NCBI GenBank assembly: GCA_007130585.1
Contig: SLSE01000030.1
Coordinates: 4,267 to 68,266 of the forward strand
DNA from: Syntrophomonadaceae bacterium
GTDB lineage: Bacteria > Bacillota > Dethiobacteria > DTU022
Reading direction: 5' to 3'
Length of the DNA: 64,000 nt
The translations under genes and the position numbers were made by a program. Positions 58,171 through 64,000 of this stretch are shown here, piece by piece (the stretch's first letter is position 1; each line of letters starts with the position of its first letter). The notes under the pieces are model-generated. The model was not told the DNA's origin and searched no databases. It saw nothing but the letters and a program-made list of their open reading frames with translations.

Positions 58171-58452
58171 TTAGAAAAGAACCCTGATAACATCTGCTGC
58201 TTCTTTGCTGTTTATACTGTAATGAACCTCTGTCCCCCGGCGTTCACTGGAAATGATACCCATATCTCTCAGCCTTCCCAGGTGTTGAGATACCGTGGAT
58301 TGTGAAAGCTGCAGGCAATTTTGCATAGCCGTAACATTACAGCTATCACGCTGTAACAACTCTTTGACAATACAAAGCCGCACGGGGTTGGATAAGGCTT
58401 TTAGCAAGTTGGCCTTTTCCCTGATTTTTGCTAATTCTGTAGATGTTTCCAT
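58171..58452 (-). CDS. ArsR/SmtB family transcriptional regulator
   Basis: HTH LSNPVRLCIVKELLQRDSCNVTAMQNCLQLSQSTVSQHLGRLRDMGII. 93 aa; it is the first gene of the arsR-hesB(Sec)-dx operon. Confidence 0.85.
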   Translation of the reverse strand: METSTELAKIREKANLLKALSNPVRLCIVKELLQRDSCNVTAMQNCLQLSQSTVSQHLGRLRDMGIISSERRGTEVHYSINSKEAADVIRVLF

Positions 58453-58473
58453 TAAGGGCCTTCCTCCTTGTTC

Positions 58474-58504
58474 ATTATTGTACCATAATATTTAAATTAT
58501 GCAA
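58474..58504 (-). promoter_or_regulatory. promoter TTGCAT-16-TGgTACAAT with overlapping 16-bp imperfect palindrome ATTATTGTACCATAAT (candidate ArsR operator)
   Basis: Minus strand: -35 TTGCAT (58499-58504), extended -10 TGGTACAAT (58477-58485), then AAGGAGG SD. The palindrome at 58474-58489 (14/16 symmetric, centred on GTAC) overlaps the -10. Confidence 0.45.
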
Positions 58505-58563
58505 CCCCTGTAATAAAAGATTAATACAGTCCGGCTGCACAACGAACCAGGTTATAGGGCCTG

Positions 58564-59097
58564 TTAGGAATTATTACTCCCGTTCCCGGTTTCCCCGATT
58601 TTAAATTCCCAGGCGCAGTAGCTATCCTGCGGATGTTCGTCCGGCGGGCAGTAAAGGCACCTGGTCTTAATGCGGGGGTCTATAGCCCGGGCGAAACCGC
58701 TGTATTCTACCATACCAACCGGCCGGCAGGGAAACTCGGCCATATTTTTACGCCGGCGCGCGGCCTGAACCCGACAATCGTTCATTCGGAAAATAACGGT
58801 ACTGCTGTCTACGTCAATTATTTCCTGCCTGTTTACCAGGGCATACATCCTGAACTGAAGCGCTTTTTTCAGAGCTGAAAGCCCACCTCCCGGCTCCATG
58901 TTCAGAAAGCTCATGATTCGGCCGGCTTCAAGCACTGTAAAGCGCTCCCAGGCCGCTGCATCAAGCCTGATTGCTTCTTCCATGCCACGGGCCTTTTCTA
59001 CCTCCTGAAACCAGAGCCCGTCATGAGCCAGCCAGCGTTTAGCAAAATCTTCCAGTAGCGCTTCAAGCTGCTCGCGATTAAGTTCACTTAAATCCAA
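58564..59097 (-). CDS. hypothetical protein, Trp-rich N-terminus and Cys-rich C-terminus (possibly ATC-hydrolase-like family)
   Basis: 177 aa with a TTG start and SD AAAGGGGA. It reads ...RWLAHDGLWFQE...AAWERF...MNDCRVQ...FPCRPVG...RCLYCPPDEH...YCAWEF. There are no strong family signatures I can verify by eye. Confidence 0.45.
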   Translation of the reverse strand: MDLSELNREQLEALLEDFAKRWLAHDGLWFQEVEKARGMEEAIRLDAAAWERFTVLEAGRIMSFLNMEPGGGLSALKKALQFRMYALVNRQEIIDVDSSTVIFRMNDCRVQAARRRKNMAEFPCRPVGMVEYSGFARAIDPRIKTRCLYCPPDEHPQDSYCAWEFKIGETGNGSNNS

Positions 59098-59405
59098 TGG
59101 TGAATTCCCCTTTGAAGTGCTTTTTTGTCATGGCCGCCAGCCGGCTAACCACGCCTGCCTGCCGGATTGATAAAATATATCAACCCGACCTTTAATATTT
59201 AAACAGGCAGGGCCAATCTCCTGCCTGCCGGCTTTAAAGTTATGGAAAATCGTCCGATTTTTCCTTCATTCTTCCGGGGAAGTGAAGCAATCTCCCCGGG
59301 AACAACCAGAGCGACTCCCGGTTTGAGCCCTTTCGGGTCAGGACTGTCAGGTTCTGCTCCGCCGGAACGCATCCCGGCCCGCGCAGGAAAACAGGAGCAG
59401 GGCTT

Positions 59406-60815
59406 TTAACCAAGGTTTTCCTCGGTGGGCAGCGCCTCCAGCTCATCCCATTTTTTCTTCCTGTAGCGGATGTAAAGCAACAGCGCACTTACTGCGTACT
59501 GCAGAGCTGTTACCCACCAGATATAATAAACCTCGAGTTGGAATACAAAAATTACAGCATAAATCAGGGGCAGCCGCACGAAAAGGTTACTGTAAAGGCC
59601 GATTCTGAATGGCCCCTTTGTGTCTCCGGTTCCCTTGAGCGCACCGGAAAAAATCATGGTCAGCGCTATAAAGGGCTGCTCAACAGCCGCAATTTGCAAA
59701 CAGAGAATGCCCAGGCGGAGAACTTCCGGATCGGGGGGATCAAAAAGGCTCATCACAGCATAAGGAAAGAAAAGAAATATCGTGCCAACTGCGGTCATTA
59801 GCAGCGTGCCGATGAATACTGCCCAGTAACCCGTTATCCTGGCCTGACCGATAAAACCTGCCCCCAGGCGCTGGCCCACCAGGGTGGTCGCCGCGATGGC
59901 AATAGCATGCCCGGGCATGAAAGAAAATGCCTCGGCAGCAATTGCCGCTGCATTCGCAGCGAAAGCAACCGGCCCCAGAAAAGTGATCCAGCTGGCAGTA
60001 ATCATCCTGCTCCCGCTTTGGGTCAGTTCTTCAGCCCCGGCCGGTATGCTGAATTTTAACAGCTTCCGAATCTCTTCCAGGTGCAGCGGAAAAATAGATT
60101 TCAGGTTAAAGGGCAACGATCCTTTTTGTAGAAACAGGTAGCCCAGGGAAAGAAACAGCGCTATTAACTGGGCCGAGCCTGTTGCCAGGGCCGCACCCCT
60201 GACACCCAGTTCCGGAAAACCAAAATTACCGAAGATCAGAAGATAATCGCCAACCACATTGTAGCTGTTGGCGATTAATGCTATATACATAGGAACGCGG
60301 GTATTGCCCGTACCGCGAATAACTCCCGAACAAACCAGGAGGGGCAGCAGGGCAAAACCGCCGCTGAAAAGGGCATAATTAAAGTACTCCTTCGTAAGAA
60401 CTGCTGTTCTTGCATCCCCGATAATCCAGTCAAAAAAAGGATTGCCGAAGAACCCCCCGGCGACGGTAAATACCAGGGTAACCAGCAGGCTGACTGCGAT
60501 AGCCTGCCCCCCGGTAACTGCAGCGTTTTTCATATCGCCGGCCCCGGTATAGCGGGCAACAAGCGCATTAGCCCCGACACCAAGAGCGCCCAGGATCATC
60601 AGGGAGTTGAAAAGCACCAGGGCGCCATACTCCACGGCAGAAGCTTCGTGGGCTCCGAGGCGCATGACCATGGCGGTATCAAAAATCCATACAAAGGTGT
60701 GCAGGCTCATTTCTATAACTAACGGCCAGGCCAGCACTATGATGCTGTAAACCGGCCTGTACGGAGCGCTCCCGCCGGGTATACCCTGTAATTTTTTTCG
60801 ATACCTTCCGAACAT
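59406..60815 (-). CDS. MATE family efflux transporter
   Basis: 469 aa with 12 predicted TM helices in two 6-helix repeats. MATE/NorM-like composition. Confidence 0.85.
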   Translation of the reverse strand: MFGRYRKKLQGIPGGSAPYRPVYSIIVLAWPLVIEMSLHTFVWIFDTAMVMRLGAHEASAVEYGALVLFNSLMILGALGVGANALVARYTGAGDMKNAAVTGGQAIAVSLLVTLVFTVAGGFFGNPFFDWIIGDARTAVLTKEYFNYALFSGGFALLPLLVCSGVIRGTGNTRVPMYIALIANSYNVVGDYLLIFGNFGFPELGVRGAALATGSAQLIALFLSLGYLFLQKGSLPFNLKSIFPLHLEEIRKLLKFSIPAGAEELTQSGSRMITASWITFLGPVAFAANAAAIAAEAFSFMPGHAIAIAATTLVGQRLGAGFIGQARITGYWAVFIGTLLMTAVGTIFLFFPYAVMSLFDPPDPEVLRLGILCLQIAAVEQPFIALTMIFSGALKGTGDTKGPFRIGLYSNLFVRLPLIYAVIFVFQLEVYYIWWVTALQYAVSALLLYIRYRKKKWDELEALPTEENLG

Positions 60816-61138
60816 TCATCTCACATCCGTATGGTTTAATGACTGCCATTCCCAAAAAATATTCTTAACGAGTACACATTTACGAGAAGGGAGGAGCCTC
60901 CCTTCCCGTTTTTGGTCCAGTTAAAAAACTAATCCGGGCAGATCCGGCTTAGATCAATCTTTAAACATTTTAACCAAAGGGCAGATGTTTATCAAGTAGT
61001 TTCCATACTTTATAAAATCTCCGGTTGTCCCGGCACCGGAATATTAACCGGGTACTATTACGCTGCAGCCGGCAGTTACCCACCGGCTGCTCAAAACCTG
61101 GTTTTTTTATTTTACAGCAAGATGCCCAAGCCCGGGGA

Positions 61139-62482
61139 TTACAGTTTTTCCTCTTCAGAGATTGCTTCTTCCAGGATGTCAAGACCGCGGTTAAGCTGGT
61201 CCGGGGGTGTATTAACCGGCATAAGCAGCCTGATTACATTACTGAAAATGCCCGCGGTTATTATAATCAGCCCTCTTTCATGGCACCGTTTGACAATTGC
61301 TTTGGTAGCTTCCGGCGCAGGCTGCCTGGTTGATTCGTCTTTTACCAGTTCAATGGCCTGCATAGCCCCCAGGCCCCGCCAATCGCCGATCAGGCTGTAT
61401 TTCTCTTTCATTTCCTGCAGTCTGTTAGAGGCAGCTGCTCCTGTTTCTTCGGCTTTTTTGCCAATTTGCTCTTTCTCTGCCGCATCCAAAACAGCCAGGC
61501 CTGCGGCACAGCCCAGCGGGTTACCGCCATAAGTACCGCCAATTTCCCCCGGTCCCGCTGCATCCATAACCTCGGCTTTTCCGGTCAGGGCGCTGATCGG
61601 AACTCCTCCGGCCAGGGATTTGGCCATGGTGATCATCTCGGGTTCAACTTCGTAATAAAAGGAAGCCAGCGGTCCGCCGGTGCGATAAAAACCGGTCTGG
61701 ATTTCATCCATTATTAAAACAATCCCATGCCTCCTGCATATTTCGTGAAGCACTTTAAAATAGTCCTGCGGAGGAACTATAAATCCTCCCTCACCCTGAA
61801 CCGGTTCAGCTATAAGGGCAGCCACGTTATCCGGGGAACATTCAACAGCCAGGAATTGCTCAAGGTAACGGGCACAGTGCAATTCACAATCGGGATAAGT
61901 CAGCCCGAACCGGCAGCGGTAGCAATAGGCAGCCGGTATTTTATATATTTCAGGCGCAAAAGGACCAAACCCGTATTTATAGGGCCTGACCTTTGATGTC
62001 AGGCTCATTGCCATCAACGTGCGCCCGTGGAAAGCTGCTTCCAGTGCAATAACAGCAGTTTTTTTCGTATAGCGCCGGGCCAGTTTAATTGAATTCTCAA
62101 CTGCTTCGGCACCGCTGTTAAAGAAAGCAGTTTTTTTGGGAAAAGCGCCGGGTGTAAATTCGTTTAACCGGCCGGCCAATCGAACATAAGGTTCGTAAGC
62201 CGCAACCATAAAACAGGTGTGCAGGTATTGATCAGCCTGCTTCTTAATTGCTTCGATAACTGCGGGATGGTTATGTCCGAAATTAACAACACCGATACCG
62301 CCGGCAAAATCAAGGTATTCATTATTGTCAACGTCAATCACCAGGCTTCCTCTGGTTTCCTTAACATATACGGGCATTACAGACGATATGCCGGCAGGGA
62401 CATTTTTTTCACGCATTTTTTGCAGTTCCCGGGATCCGGGCCCGGGTTGATGTGAAGCTGAATTTGCTGTTTTGTTGTTCAT
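61139..62482 (-). CDS. class-III PLP aminotransferase, 4-aminobutyrate aminotransferase (GabT)-like
   Basis: YLDFAGGIGVVNFGHNHPAVIEAIKKQ, FHGRTLMAMSLTS, the Schiff-base Lys region MAKSLAGGVPISAL, and EIQTGFYRTG. Confidence 0.85.
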   Translation of the reverse strand: MNNKTANSASHQPGPGSRELQKMREKNVPAGISSVMPVYVKETRGSLVIDVDNNEYLDFAGGIGVVNFGHNHPAVIEAIKKQADQYLHTCFMVAAYEPYVRLAGRLNEFTPGAFPKKTAFFNSGAEAVENSIKLARRYTKKTAVIALEAAFHGRTLMAMSLTSKVRPYKYGFGPFAPEIYKIPAAYCYRCRFGLTYPDCELHCARYLEQFLAVECSPDNVAALIAEPVQGEGGFIVPPQDYFKVLHEICRRHGIVLIMDEIQTGFYRTGGPLASFYYEVEPEMITMAKSLAGGVPISALTGKAEVMDAAGPGEIGGTYGGNPLGCAAGLAVLDAAEKEQIGKKAEETGAAASNRLQEMKEKYSLIGDWRGLGAMQAIELVKDESTRQPAPEATKAIVKRCHERGLIIITAGIFSNVIRLLMPVNTPPDQLNRGLDILEEAISEEEKL

Positions 62483-62640
62483 TTTCTTGCTCCCTTCTCG
62501 ATCGATTTACTATCACTATATAATATAGCAAAATTAATGCCAAGTAATCGAAGCCAGTGGCTGGCGGCGGCAGCATTTCATAATATGGCATGCAAATTGC
62601 AATAGTAATTATCAAAACTATTTTTGTCAGGAGGCTTATT

Positions 62641-63969
62641 ATGGATAAGGAAGCAGTAATTAATGAAAGCGGACGTGTTCTTGAAATGATTTTAAAAGAT
62701 AATCTAACTGATGATGAAAAAGATCGTATAGTGGCTGATTCCGTTGAAAATTATTCCGAATATGTTAACCCCGGGATTCTCGCAGTCCGTAAATCCGTAT
62801 CCACTGATTACTCTTTCGTGGAGTGGGAAGATGAAGGCGCAGTTTTTCGTGATACCCATGGCGTAGAATTTATTGATTGCCTCGGCGGCTTCGGTATCTA
62901 CATGCTTGGACACCGCAATCCCAGGATCATCGAGGTAGTTAAGGCTCAGCTTGGCCGCTATGCCCTGCACAGCCAGGAACTCGTGGAACCGCTGCGCGGC
63001 TACCTGTCTAAGCTTGTGGCCATGATTACCCCGGGCGACCTCCAATATTCCTTTATATGCAATGGCGGCGCGGAAGCGGTGGAAATGGCCCTTAAGCTGG
63101 CCAGGCTTGCTTCCGGCAACCGGTGCTTTATTTCAACGGTAAATGCTTTTCACGGCAAATCCATGGGCGCTGTTTCAGCAACCGGGAAAGATACCTACCG
63201 CAAGCCCTACCTGCCGCTGATTCCCGGCTTCCAGCATGTTGAATACGCCGATGCCGGGGCAATAGAAAAAGCGATTCGCAACCTGATTGCCGTCGGGGAC
63301 TCGGTGGCCGGCGTAATTGTGGAACCAATCCAGGGCGAAGCCGGAATTATTGTCCCCCCGGCAGGATATCTTTCCAGTCTGCGTGAAATCTGCGACCGTT
63401 ATAATGTTTGCCTGATTACAGATGAGATCCAGACCGGCATGGGCCGGACCGGCAAAATGTGGGCGGTAGAAGAAGAAAACGTTGTTCCCGATATCCTGAT
63501 TATGGGTAAAGCTTTCGGGGGCGGAGTTATGCCCGTTACCGGAATAATTGCCCGTCCCTCATTATGGGAAAACATGAAAGATAATCCCTGGATTCTCGGC
63601 TCGCCTACTTTCGGAGGAAACCCCTTAAGCTGTTCGGCAGCCATTGCCGCTATAAAATATACCGTTGAATGGGATGTTCCCGCCATGGCAGCCGAAAAGG
63701 GTAACTATATTTTGAAAGAACTTAACGGGCTTAAAGAAAAATACCCCGTCCTGAAAGATGTCCGCGGCAGGGGCCTGCTGATTGGCATGGAGTTTCCCAG
63801 TGATGAGATCGGTTTTGCCCTGGCCAGGGGCCTGTTTGACCAGCGGGTGCTCGTGGGAGGAACCCTCAATAATGCCAGGGTAATTCGTATTGAACCGCCC
63901 GCGGTAATTTCCATGGAGCAGATTGACACAGTCCTTACCTGCCTGGAAAAAACCCTGAGCTCATTGTAA
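62641..63969 (+). CDS. class-III PLP aminotransferase, putrescine aminotransferase (PatA/YgjG)-like; paralog of the N-domain of the 38680-41298 fusion
   Basis: Start ATG 62641 with SD AGGAGG (the ORF-track TTG at 62590 is rejected). YVNPGILAVRK, GFGIYMLGHRNPRIIEVVKAQLGRYALHSQEL, DEIQTGMGRTGKMWA, MGKAFGGGVMP and TLNNARVIRIEPP match E. coli YgjG segment by segment. Confidence 0.85.
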   Translation: MDKEAVINESGRVLEMILKDNLTDDEKDRIVADSVENYSEYVNPGILAVRKSVSTDYSFVEWEDEGAVFRDTHGVEFIDCLGGFGIYMLGHRNPRIIEVVKAQLGRYALHSQELVEPLRGYLSKLVAMITPGDLQYSFICNGGAEAVEMALKLARLASGNRCFISTVNAFHGKSMGAVSATGKDTYRKPYLPLIPGFQHVEYADAGAIEKAIRNLIAVGDSVAGVIVEPIQGEAGIIVPPAGYLSSLREICDRYNVCLITDEIQTGMGRTGKMWAVEEENVVPDILIMGKAFGGGVMPVTGIIARPSLWENMKDNPWILGSPTFGGNPLSCSAAIAAIKYTVEWDVPAMAAEKGNYILKELNGLKEKYPVLKDVRGRGLLIGMEFPSDEIGFALARGLFDQRVLVGGTLNNARVIRIEPPAVISMEQIDTVLTCLEKTLSSL

Positions 63970-64000
63970 GCGGACGATTTCCCCGCAGTGACAATATAGG

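Noticed and set aside
62590-62640. TTG-initiated extension MQIAIVIIKTIFVRRLI of the PatA-like gene
   Set aside because: No SD. The ATG at 62641 is preceded by AGGAGG and corresponds to the N-terminus of homologs.
1-64000. Mobile elements, CRISPR arrays, rRNA genes, prophage or defence islands
   Set aside because: I saw no transposase, integrase or recombinase ORFs, no regularly spaced repeats, and no rRNA-like conserved stretches. Gene content is core-metabolic with tight operon spacing throughout.

Overview
This 64-kb window looks like a high-GC (~55%) Firmicutes/Clostridia chromosome segment, probably a Peptococcaceae-like anaerobe. That inference rests on gene content: SpoVD-type PBP, archaeal-type FBP aldolase/phosphatase, desulforedoxin, a RACo-like corrinoid activator, and NAD-linked FDH with NuoEF-like subunits. 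I found no CRISPR arrays, transposases, integrases or rRNA genes. Nearly the whole first 45 kb is encoded on the minus strand. The genes, in coordinate order, are:
- the tail of the dcw cluster (mraZ, rsmH, ftsL, ftsI, murF) with a triple direct-repeat MraZ-type operator
- mgtE with a 544-bp untranslated leader
- the rel-dtd-hisS-aspS block, in which HisRS and AspRS are one in-frame 1027-aa ORF joined by a Pro/Ala/Thr-rich linker
- recJ, a small LapA/DUF1049-like membrane protein, secF and secD
- aroB, aroC, ogt, a truncated his operon (hisD-B-A-I-K, no hisC/H/F) and aroA
- a P-loop/Asp23 fusion protein
- an FDH module (nuoE-like, a 59-aa Cys-rich ORF, nuoF-like, Cys-type fdhA, an embedded GH1 beta-glucosidase, fdhD)
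- a metallophosphoesterase, TetR, 5-FTHF cyclo-ligase and archaeal-type proS
- FBP aldolase/phosphatase, two M16 peptidases and tRNA-Arg(CCG)
- a RACo-like ferredoxin-ASKHA protein, a CBS protein, murT-gatD, a parvulin PPIase and long-form hisG
- a 2-hydroxyacyl-CoA-dehydratase-like pair without an activase, aspartokinase and a UbiA/MenA prenyltransferase
- a MATE transporter and two class-III aminotransferases (GabT-like and PatA-like)
The most unusual finds are:
1. An 872-aa protein fusing a PatA/YgjG-type class-III aminotransferase to a cyanobacterial acyl-ACP-reductase (AAR/COG5322) homolog, preceded by a TGTGCACA-N4-TGTGCACA operator over a clean sigma-A promoter. The fusion suggests a thioester-to-aldehyde-to-amine module.
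2. A compact ArsR-controlled operon encoding a HesB/IscA-like protein with an in-frame UGA (selenocysteine) at the conserved Cys position, followed by a SECIS-like hairpin and then a 41-aa desulforedoxin.
3. The in-frame HisRS-AspRS fusion.
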